Below the pieces are notes generated by a model that was given only the letters and a program-made list of their open reading frames with translations, had not been told where the DNA came from and made no database searches. The position numbers and the translations under genes are program-made. From Azolla caroliniana (lineage: Eukaryota; Plantae; Polypodiophyta), in contig JBHGNT010000018.1 of the NCBI GenBank assembly GCA_043228905.1, forward strand, positions 10,602,001 through 10,666,000: a stretch of 64,000 nt of DNA, in the 5' to 3' direction. Position 1 is the first letter of the stretch, and every line of letters starts with the position of its first letter. Positions 51,809 to 62,222 of the stretch are shown one piece after another.

Positions 51809-54665
51809 CTACAAAACATCATAAAAGAAATAAAGCAGAAAAAGAATATAACTCCTTTGAAATAATAATAATAATAATAATAATAACTTAAATGAAACGT
51901 TAAGGGTATTTATTTACTCACCGCACCATCCATTTTCGTGATGGCTTCATTGACTTCATCAGAAGAGGAAAGAGTCACGAATCCAAAACCCCGGGATCGT
52001 CCCGATTCTCGATCATACACAATCCGAGCCTCGAGGACTTTTCCATGTTCGCTAAATATATTCTCTAGAGTGATATCATCCATGCCCCAAGGCAAGTTAC
52101 CCACAAAGAGCTTGTTGGCATTACTCAAAGAAGAGTTTGGAAAGGCAGACGAATTAGGAATGGGTCCTAATTCATTACGGGATCCATCCGGGAAACTTAC
52201 TCTTAGTCTTCGACCCATGAATTCGACACCATCATACATTGAAACAGCCGTGGTGGCTTCTTCTATTGATCCCATTGTTACAAAAGCAAACCCTCGGCTT
52301 CGTCCAGTTTCTCGATCATAAATAACCTAGGGAGATTTATACGGTAAATGAATGTTTTGATCCAAGAAGAAGAAATCTCAACACTAAAAAGAGATTTCCA
52401 TACCTCCCACTTAAGTTAACCAACTTACCAAAAATGCAAGAAATAATTTGTACAAAAGAAAACAAATTTCTGGGTATTTGGTTAAGTTAGGGCATTTGGA
52501 AGTTACCATAAATTAGAATAACACTGATTTTCAGTTACTATTATACCACCTTGATGAGTTTCACTATTACTGCAATTCCAAAGGTGTAAACAATTGATTT
52601 TTCTAAGGTTACCTTATAATTGACGCTGAACAACTAATTTAAAGCATTCTGGGTATTAAGTGGTCTTGAATGGCATTTGGAAAGGTAATGATCTGGCCTC
52701 AAGTAGAAGAAGGTATTACCTTTTCTACCTTCACTTGGGAAGAACTTTGTAAACAAAATGCTTTTGGACATTTTCAAATTCCTTCACAATGGAGCTAGAG
52801 ATGTTATTACTCCATAGAAAAGTATTGCGGTCAACAATGTATGTATTTTTTGGGAACCCACAGACCCTCTTTGCTGCTTTGAACCACCAATTGGACATTC
52901 AATCCATCTATCGTTCTAGTTTATGTTATGATGGTACTTTTGTAAAATGTTTCAGTTGGTATGTATTTTTTTGCACAATTTCTCTTGAAGGTTGGTGATT
53001 GTTTAAAGACACAATTGCTTGGCAAATTTAAGCCTATCTTCCAACCATGTAATGCTACAATCTACTTTTCTATAGGTTTTTGACCAAGGTAGTCCGTTGT
53101 TCCCTTTCTTGTACTTCCATTGAAGTTTGATTCCTTTTGAACCTGGAGCTTGTGGCATAATGAGTGGATACCCAATGCTTTTCGTTTTTATTATAGTATT
53201 GCAAATCATGGTTGCTTTGGAACAAGCTATTGGTATAGCGGTTTTCTATTTGCTAGTAATGGTCAATTTGGTGTAGGACGAAACCCATGTTTATTTGTAC
53301 AGTTCAACATCCCATGGGTTTTATGTTTGCATTGCATCGCATCCTCGACTAGGTTTTCATTGCATCCCTTGCATATCTTCATGTTTGCATTATTATTCCA
53401 TGATGCTACCTCAACACCTAACTTGTGTGAGTGAGTTTGAACAACAAATGTCAAGGCTCTCCGAGAGCCAAGGCTCATGGGGGTAGTGAGATGCGATTAG
53501 CATTTTCCTTTTCTTGTTTAGGATGTTGCGACTTCATCCTTAGTGCCTCTAATAATATATCCTCAATGATCACATACTTCATAGGATCATCTGAAAGCTC
53601 CAATAGATCTTTTACCCCCCATCATCTCTTAAAGCATTTCATACTGTCAAGCACCCAGCCAAATGAGCGGATTTGTATCCTATGTGCCCGGCTTGTTTGG
53701 GCAATCTATGATCAGGATTATTACTGACTTTTATGATATACTTTTGTATACTCTTTGCATGATAGCTCAAATATTATCATGCAGGAGTAAATTTTATTAT
53801 TTTCCGTAGAGAACAAAAGTGAAGCATTTTCCCATAGCATGTGTGAAACTGAGTATTGGGCCCAGATGGTCAAGAATTTCACTAATATACATGACATGGG
53901 CACATTGATTGCTGCCATTGTTGGTTGTGTTAGGGGATGAGATTTGTTTTTCTCCAAATGCCATCGAGTTTCCTGCATTTCCTCAAACACCATCGCTCAA
54001 CATCAGACCCCACTCTTTTATGTATTCATTTCCCCGAATTCCCATGACTTCTCCTATAATAACATCATCATTCACCACCTGCCTCCTTGATGGTGTGTGC
54101 CAACTAAGCTCCTCAATTAAATGTGCAATTCAAGAATTTTGCAAGTTCGAATCCATTTTGAATTTTCCTCCTCTTCTTTTTCGAAGGGAAGGGGGCAGTA
54201 TTAGAGGAAATAACAAAAAATGCGGGTCATTTTGGCAGACTAAAGAAAGATTACACGGGCATTTTCTGGAGTTTTATTCAGATTACTACATACCTCTACT
54301 AGTTCGACAGTTCCTGCTCCTCGGAGGTGTTCAGAGAGTTCATCGCTCGTACATGCCCATGCCAGATTCCCAACATAAATCCTCGGCTCATCCTCTTCTG
54401 ATTCTTCTCCCGATTCCTCTGATTCTTTGTTTCCACTGGTATAGGTATTGAGATGGCTACTGTTTTCAGTTTCGCTACTGAATCTGTAATTTCCATCGTC
54501 AGCGATTGAAAGATTATTGAACACCCGCCATGGCTTTCTTGAGTCTGTGGTTATATGTAATCTGGGTGCACCGTTGAGTTTATTGGTAGGCGAATGGGTG
54601 CCTGTGTGATGATGATAAATTTGAACAGCAGCAGGAAACACGACGTGAGCTGCCATCGACAACAT
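51737..54665 (-). CDS. Chloroplast ribonucleoprotein (cpRNP, CP29/CP31/CP33 family): transit peptide, acidic region and two RRMs, 3 exons, about 282 aa
   Basis: Exons 54665-54294, 52326-51922 and 51808-51737 join in frame with GT-AG; RIYVGNL...[20 protein letters not shown] and KLFVGNLPW...[14 protein letters not shown]...[12 protein letters not shown]; alternative ATG at 54656. Confidence 0.93.
51922..52326 (-). CDS. cpRNP exon 2
   Basis: RNP1 of RRM1 and most of RRM2; TAG acceptor, GTGAGT donor. Confidence 0.93.
53320..53800 (-). mobile_element. Degenerate LINE ORF2 C-terminal fragment in cpRNP intron 1
   Basis: [11 protein letters not shown]...[13 protein letters not shown] resembles SHQLEIEVSRY...KICELC of the CRBN intron-1 LINE. 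Confidence 0.55.
54294..54665 (-). CDS. cpRNP exon 1
   Basis: Transit-peptide-like N-terminus, [23 protein letters not shown]; GTATGT donor. Confidence 0.9.
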
Positions 54666-54678
54666 GGATGGACGGACG

Positions 54679-54709
<31 letters not shown>

Positions 54710-54930
54710 GCTATAAGCTATAGCTAGCTATGGAGAATGAGAATGAGGGAGTCTGAGGGAAATGAGAGGGTTCTGTGGATACCAAAAGGTTCTCTCTCTC
54801 TCTCTCTCTCCCACCAACGGCGAGAAGAAGAAAAGAAGAAGATGATGATGATGTACATGAAGAAGAAGAAGAATGAGTGAGCTACATACATACAAATATA
54901 TATATATGTATGTATAATGTAAGTAAGACT

Positions 54931-55244
54931 GGTTTGTGCTTTGTCCACCCACCCAGCGTGTTGTGTTGTGTTGTGTTGTGTTGTATGGGCAACGAGTGAG
55001 TGCCAACCTTGTTGCCTAGCTGGATGCTTCAGTGGTTGGGCATGCTTGCTTGGTTGTCTCTACGATTCTAAGTTATCCAGTCGAAATGTAAGGCCGGTTT
55101 GTGCTTTGTCCACCCACCCAGCGTGTTGTGTTGTGTTGTATGGGCAGCGAGTGAGTGCCAACCTTGTTGCCTAGCTGGCTGCTTCAGTGATTGGGCATGC
55201 TTGCTTGGTCGTCTCTCCGATTCTAAGTTATCCAGTTGAAATGT
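54931..55244. repeat. About 165-bp tandem duplication upstream of the cpRNP gene
   Basis: GGTTTGTGCTTTGTCCACCCACCCAGCG...GATTCTAAGTTATCCAGT starting at 54931 and 55096. Confidence 0.9.
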
Positions 55245-55760
55245 ATGCACGCAACCATGGCCTTGTTGGCTACAACCTTGACCCTACATACACATTCACA
55301 CACTCTCTCGACATGTAAAGGAATAAAAAAAGAGAATATAACGATTCTTCGAGATATCACATTAACTATATCAATCACTGATGCAAAGACAATCACAATG
55401 ATTTCTAGATTCTGGATTCATAGAGAGTTGAACATATGAACATGCACGTCAAATCGTCCGAGCTTGATAAAAGCTCCTAACTCATTAGCTACCTCAAGAA
55501 AAAAAGTCCATGAGAAGACACTTTCCTTCTCGAGTGGGAACAAACTCTCCTTTCTAAGTACACATAGAAGTTAGAGAATATATAGCTCTAGTGTGTATAC
55601 GTAGTGGAATGAAGTAAGCAATATCGTGTGTTTTTAAATCTAGTGATGATGTTGATTGTTTTGAATGAGTAGCACAATTAAGAGATGGAGTTCTTTCAAA
55701 CTCCCCAATATAAGGAGCTTCGTTGTCGTGAACTTAAGGTGCATGCTTGTGAAAGCTAAC

Positions 55761-55945
55761 TGTTGAGCGAGCAAGCTATACATGATCCTATCAGCTGAAT
55801 AAGCCAAGACCCGGATCGGTGTCTGGATCTAAGTGTAACCGGTAGGCCATTAGACGCCTACGATCCTAGCCTAGTACGTAGGCATATTCTTAGGAGTTAG
55901 TGTCAGTCGCTCAATATGAGCATTGAAGTACATGTCAGTACTTAT
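55761..55945 (+). repeat. Partial LTR of the 33636/59597 family, opposite orientation
   Basis: Reverse-complement match to about 33850-34087 (GAGCATTGAAGTACATGTCAGTACT). Confidence 0.75.
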
Positions 55946-57420
55946 TGTTAGGTGTAAAGGCCCGTAATTCACAAATTAGATAATTATTCGTATATGTGAA
56001 CACATTGTTCACCTGGACAAGACACCTCTTTTTGTAATGTGAACACACCTCTTTCTTTGTAGGGTTAACTAATATAATAACCTTTTTTTCTTGTGTACCA
56101 ATCAAGGCAGTTGGGTACACCCAAAAATCTGTGCCTCTACTCTCATCTCTACTACAGTCTTTTTGTTGAACGTCATCAATCAATAGTTGCTCCCTCAAAC
56201 ATCCCTCTTTACCTTTAATTGGTATCAGAGCCAAATCTCTTTCCTCTGCTTTGCTGTGTTTTTTAGATTCAAAATCAGCAGAAAACACAAATTTTTTTAT
56301 TTTTTTAAAAAAAAAAATCTGTCAGAACCTTTCCTATTAGTATTTTGCTCAATTTTCTGAAGGCATCTGTCATAAATCTTGGGAGCAATGGCCTCCAATT
56401 CAACTGAAATGAAAAACCTCTTTCGAAACCAAAGAGCATGGAAAATGATGCTTGGAACACTCTGAATAAGAAAGCCATTACATATATTAAAATGGTTGTT
56501 TCTGATGAAATTCTTGTAGATATAAAGGGCTTGATTACTGCCCATCAAGTTTGGGATAAACTTAAGAAAACTTATGAGAATACTACTCCTGTGAATCAGA
56601 TGCATTTAATGAGAAAACTTGTCAGTATGAGGCTTGATGAGTCGAAAGGTGCAACAGACCATCTATCGTTATTCACAGGTACTCTCTCCCAACTACAAGA
56701 TTCAGGATTACCAACTTTTGATGACAAGCTCAAAGCTATTTTCTTACTTATGACTTTACCTGATTTGTGGGAAACATTAGTTGTTTCACTATCTAATAGC
56801 CCCACCTTGACCTTCGATGGTGTGCGGGGCTCTATTCTCAATGAAGAGATTAGAAGACAATCTAGCGGAGAAGGTAGTGGTTCAGCATACAATATTAGGG
56901 GGAGATATGATATGAGGAACCCAAATGTAGGACAAAGAAATAGAAGTAAGAGTAGAGGGAAAGGAAAGCAACAAGATATCACATGCTATTAGTGTGGCCA
57001 TAAAGGTCATAAGAAACCTGATTGTAGATATTTGAAGATGGAACTAGAAAGGAAGAAGAATGTAGGAGAGAAGAAAAAAAAAATGATAAATTTAATACAA
57101 TAGAGAAAGCTAATATGACTTCAAATGTTATCATTGAAGACCTATCTGGTGAAGATGGTGATGTACTTTGTATTACATGTGATGCCTTCATAGCTCATGT
57201 TCAAGACATGCAAATCACCAAAACAGATGTTATTGATGCTTTATTGTCAATCGATGATGGATTGACACAAACATGGATAGTAGACTCTAGGGCTTCTTTT
57301 CATGTTACCCCATGTTTGGAGTGCTTTACCACATTTGCCGCAGGCAGTTATGGAAAAGTTTATCTTGGTAACAATAGTGCTTGCAATATTGATGGTATTG
57401 GAACCATACACTTGTCTGTT
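55946..57420 (+). mobile_element. Ty1/copia 5' part (LTR about 55946-56218, PBS 56220-56232, gag from 56388, protease), truncated
   Basis: TGGTATCAGAGCC; UBN2-like gag; CY*CGHKGHKKPDC; WIVDSRASFH. Confidence 0.9.
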
Positions 57421-58469
57421 TCCATTGGAGTCGGAGTATTTGTTGGATATGCATTATATGACTCCCTCGGAAAAGGTTTCGCTACCACTGAGGCGTAGGT
57501 GGACTCTGATCTTGCCCTTGGCATCTAGAATTGTCGTTCCGAATGTCGTTGGTTCTTCGGGGAAGGTCAAGAGTAAATCCTTGACATTGTTGCGTAAACC
57601 ATAACGAAATTTCTCCATCAATGCCTGATAATCCCAAGGGATATCGGCGACGAGTAGGCGGAAATCTGTAGCGTATGCGGAGGCTAGACAATCACCTTGG
57701 CATAATTGCTAGATTTTGTTGATTGCAGTTCTTATGCTATCAGTATCTCCAAAACTGGCTTTAAACTCACTTATAAATTCTTCAAAATTGTTTAGTAATG
57801 GAGATTCCTTTTCCAACAACGGAGCGAACCATGCCAACGTTAAGCCACTAAGTAGGGTGCCTACTAGTCCCACTCGTGATGCATCGGTGGGATATCGAGA
57901 AGGATGCATTTGAATCACTAAACGTACCTGGTTCAAAAAACCTCTAAACTGTGATCGAGTCCCATTAAATTTTGCAAGAAGACCGATCTTGGGTTCTTTG
58001 TGAATCCCTTGAGTGCTTGATCCTTGATGTTGTAATGATACAATAGTCGCATCAAGTTGTTGTACACGTAATGTCAACTCCCCATGTTGTTGTTTTTCCA
58101 GCGCTATTTGTTGAAGATCCCCCAACAAACTATGATTTTCTTGTTCTAGTGCTACAAATTTCTCCTTTAAGCACTATAGCTCCGAGAAAACAGATTGATA
58201 TTCCTGAGCGCTGACAGTTTCCATTTTACTAGGGAGGATAAGAGGATTAGTATGAAGGGAAGAAAGGGGTAAGAAGATGAGGGAAACCGAAAAGAAGACC
58301 GGAAAAAGGGATATGTAAGAAGATAAAAGGAAGAGGAGGAAAGGAGGAGACGGAAGGAGGACGGGAAATCGGTTCAAACTGTCAGGATCAATACTAAGAC
58401 AGAGAAGGAATTACTACTAAAAGATGAGGATTAGTACTAAGGGAGGTGTAGAACTCTTGAGAGAAGGAA

Positions 58470-58530
<61 letters not shown>

Positions 58531-58823
58531 TGATAAAAGATATATATTGTGTGAAGAGAGTATACAATAGTAGCTAGGAGGCTTAAGACTGGCGTTGAAC
58601 CGATTTGGTTCGAAATAATGCCTTGTGCCTCCTTTTATAGTATTCTCAGGAATACTCTTGAAGTTTCTAGAATGTTCTAGAGAAATCTGGAATATACATC
58701 AATTTTCCATAATAAAACTTAAATGAAAATAATATTCTACATATTACAATAGATGGTATAATGGTCAAGAGCTCGACCTATGTAACCTAAGGTTTTGGGT
58801 TCAAGTCTTGCCACATCATGACA
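57421..58823 (-). mobile_element. Ty3/gypsy chromovirus-like (Tf1/sushi, Tcn1-type) element: 5' LTR 58380-58823 and PEG10/sushi-like gag 58224-57421, truncated
   Basis: TGTCA...TGACA LTR; gag KEPKIGLLAKFNGTRSQFRGFLNQVRL...YPTDASRVGLVGTLLSG...AW...TPTPME; no tRNA PBS. Confidence 0.85.
58633..58678 (-). promoter_or_regulatory. LTR promoter: TATAAAA (58639-58633) with a four-unit heat-shock element (58659-58678)
   Basis: tGAAgtTTCtaGAAtgTTCt matches nGAAnnTTCnnGAAnnTTCn. Confidence 0.6.
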
Positions 58824-59596
58824 GTTGTAGATAATTGTTGAAATGGCCGGAAAAGAATAATGTTCACTTGATCTTCCTCTCCGTTTCCCATTCTACAAGA
58901 CTTTGTAGGTTCCGAAAACAGTTGAAAACTTCGCTTTTCCTTTCAATTAGGTAGATCCATGTGTGTCAGCTATAGTCGTCGATGAAGGAGATGAAATATC
59001 AGCTCCCACCAAGACTAACGTTCTGGGTCGGTCCCTATACATTCAAATGTATTAGATCGAGCCTGTTACGGCTCCGGTTTCTTTCGGTGGGGAACGGAAG
59101 CCGGTGTTGCTTCCCGAGCTGGCATACTTCACATATTTGGGCCTTCCGGTGTTTCATCACAAAGGCTGGCCTTTTTCCAGTCTTTCCGGTTCCGGATCCT
59201 TCCAATCCTTCTGAGTAGTGCGAGCTTTGTCGGTTCCCTTCTCCGGCCTTGCTGGATCCGGATTTATCCGAATCGGCACGCTTCTTCCAGCACTTGCTCT
59301 CTTAGTGGCCTTTCTTGCTACAATACCAGCATTCCATTTCGGCCTTCCCATGCCGGTTTCCGGTGCCGCTTTGACTCCCCCTACTTGTGGAGGGTTTGGA
59401 AATGTTGTCGGCACCATCATTGTGCCTCTAGTTCTACTCTTGTCTACCGCTACTATTGCGTGCCGACCCACCTCATCCTCCATGCCCACGGGGCCGATGC
59501 GCCTCTGTGTACAACATCTAGTTGTTCGATTGAGTAGTCATTGACCCACTCGCGTGGTTTTCTTTGACCATCAACATCGATTTCAGGTGGAAGAAG
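58824..59596 (-). mobile_element. Copia gag and integrase remnant
   Basis: CEVCQLGKQH, YFISFIDDYS; gag region similar to 29780-30200. Confidence 0.8.
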
Positions 59597-61320
59597 TGTA
59601 AAAAGGAAGGTGTGGAAGCGTTATATAACCAGCCTAGCCAGATAGTAACGCATAGAGAGAGATTAACACACAGAAGGTATGCAGGAGAGACAGAGAAAGA
59701 GCAGAACAACCTAAATCTATTGTAACAACTCTGTAAGATTCTCTGTACGTACAACGTGCTCAACAACACTATTTATACAAGTCCTAAGAGGACTGACAGA
59801 AGTACGGTGTACTTCAATGCTCACACGAGCGTCTGACACTAACTACGAGACATTAACTACCTAGTAGTCTAGGCCGCTACTAGGCTTCCGGTTACTGCTG
59901 GATCCGGCTCCCTATCTCACCGGCTCACCGATCCGACTCATCCTTCCGGATGCCGATCCGGATCCGATTGAGCTTGCTGCTCAACACTCCCCCTCAAGAT
60001 CAACTTGAGGTCAGATTGTAGTGTCAGTCTCCATGGTAGACAGTCCTTCCACATGGCTCCTTCTAGCGTCACTCAGCCTCGCTCGCGCTCCTTGTCCGGT
60101 CCGGTCCCATTTGTCACGACCCTTCTGATTTTGCACACCTCGACCTCCTCGGTCAGCTTGTCTGCTCAACAGGCCCAATTTAGCTCTCTCGCTACTATGA
60201 TTTCGGCACTTGCCGATTCGTCGATTCCTTCGTGTTGGCGTCGACTTTCCCTGCCTTCTCGTCCTCTTGGGCTTCAATTGATCCGATTCTTCCGAATCTT
60301 TCTATTGAACCAAATCGGCTATCTCCGATTCGTTCCAACTCTTGTCCGAATCGGTCGCTCCCGATTCGTCTTTCGGTTCCATGCCCTTCACCACATCGGA
60401 CCATGGCCGGGTCTTGGCCTTCTTCATCCGGTCGGCTCTGTCCTTCTTGAATATGTCGTTGTTGCCGCTTGTTCCGACTTGTTCGGATGTGTCAACTTCC
60501 TTTGTCGACTCGGCTCCTTTCTTCTTCTTGTCTCTCCCTTTGTCGATTCTTTCCTCACCGACGCAATCGGCAGCTTCTTTGCCTTTGCCCGTTCTCCCCC
60601 TCAAGTGTGGCACGTCGAGATGCTGAACACCAACCATTTCGGTGAATTGCTACAACTTGTCCGACCCGAGCAGTTTGGTGAAGATGTCGGCAACTTGTCG
60701 ATCCGTATGAACATACTGAAGTTCGACTTCACCGCTCAGGACACGCTTACGCACGAAGTGGTAGTGCACTTCTATGTGCTTTGTGCGAGCATGGAATACG
60801 GGGTTCTTGGCGAGTTGCATGCTACTTATGTTGTCGTAGTAGATCAGGATCGAGGTTGTCACCTTGATCCACAGGTCTTGCAGCAGTCGCCGAAGCCAAA
60901 TGGTTTCACAGGTGGCAGTGGTAGCGCCCTAGTATTCAGCCTCAGTGATCGAAAGGGCCACTGTTGGCTGCTTTTTGCTGCTCCACGCAACAACCATGCT
61001 ACCACGGGAAAACATATAGCCGGAAGTGGATCGGCGATCCGATGCATCGTCGGCCCAGTCGGCATCGGTGTAGCCGACTAGCTCTTCTGTTATACCATGC
61101 CGGTATAACAATCCTCGGTCCTTTGTGCCGCTCACATATCGCAAAATTCGATGCGCGCATAGAAAGTGCTCCATAGTTGGCTTCTACATATATTGGCTAA
61201 ACACACCGACCGGATAACTGATGTCGGGTCGGATGATTGTCAAATATATAAGGCTTTCGACAATTTGTCGGAACCGCTTCTCATCGTAGGCCAGTCCAGA
61301 GTCGGGACGGAGCTTCTGGT
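59597..61320 (-). mobile_element. Ty1/copia 3' part (RT-RH about 61320-60600, about 600-bp 3' region, PPT 59987-59998, 3' LTR 59597-59986)
   Basis: GYTDADWA, NPVFHARTKHIEVHYHFVR, VADIFTK; LTR related to 33636-34087. Confidence 0.9.
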
Positions 61321-61321
61321 T

Positions 61322-62222
61322 TGTTATGTACACATAACGTTGGTGAGGGTAGGTCACTAATATTTACATTAGTGAAGGGTATGTTCACTATTATTAAAAA
61401 GGGGACTAATGATTGGATAGAATGAATGATATGTGCATGCACTATCATGATTTAGACAACCAATGAATAGAGAGCCTTTTAGAAAGGCACATCTATTCAA
61501 GGGGCCTAGGAAAAGGTATAAATATGAGGCTTAGCTACCCTCATGGGGACCATCACGTCGGAAGGCTGCTGTCGTAGACACCGGTGGTGCGGGCTAGGCT
61601 TTCGTCTCGACGATCGTGTTTATCTCTTCCAAGGTATTAGTCATCCTAATATCCGGCGGTATGGGACGTCGGTGGTAGGTTGGCTATGTCTAGATCATAG
61701 CTCGGGGGTGGTCGGGTGGAACGGGTTCTTCTATCCAATCTATTTTCTTCCTTTTTACTTGATTTGGTCTATTGATTAGTAATAGACTCTTAACAGTGGT
61801 ATCAGAGCTTTTACTAACAATTTTTTTTGTTGTTTTGATGTTTTTTGCGTGTGAGCGAGGGGGATCTAACAAGGCTCGTCATGCTCTTCTCAGGATCAAA
61901 ACAACACTCTAAACCCGGTATTCTTCTTTTTTGATCTCTTCTCTTTTTCTATTATGCGTTCTTTATGGTCGAATCAAATTGGTATTACGTTTTATTCTCT
62001 TTCTTTCTACCTCCTACTATGCTACGATTTGACTTATTATTATGCATCGGGCCGAGCGTGTTTGCACTAATCGCACACGCTCAACTCATGGCCTTTTGCA
62101 TATTGCGATATATATCCCACTCTCTCCTCTCTTGAACTCTTACGATAATAATTATTCTTGTGAATTTGGTCGAGCGTGTTTGCTCTAATCGCACACGCTT
62201 ATCTCATGGCCGTTTTGCATAT
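61322..62222 (+). mobile_element. LTR element 5' end (LTR 61322-61795, PBS 61797-61808, leader), interrupted by the next element
   Basis: TGTTA...TAACA followed by G-TGGTATCAGAGC. Confidence 0.85.

Noticed and set aside
58747-58820. Functional tRNA gene
   Set aside because: The acceptor and anticodon stems do not pair convincingly; kept only as a tRNA-like LTR module
60005-61081. 358-aa + strand ORF
   Set aside because: It is antisense to a copia RT/RNase H and its 3' region and has no independent motifs; most likely a shadow ORF
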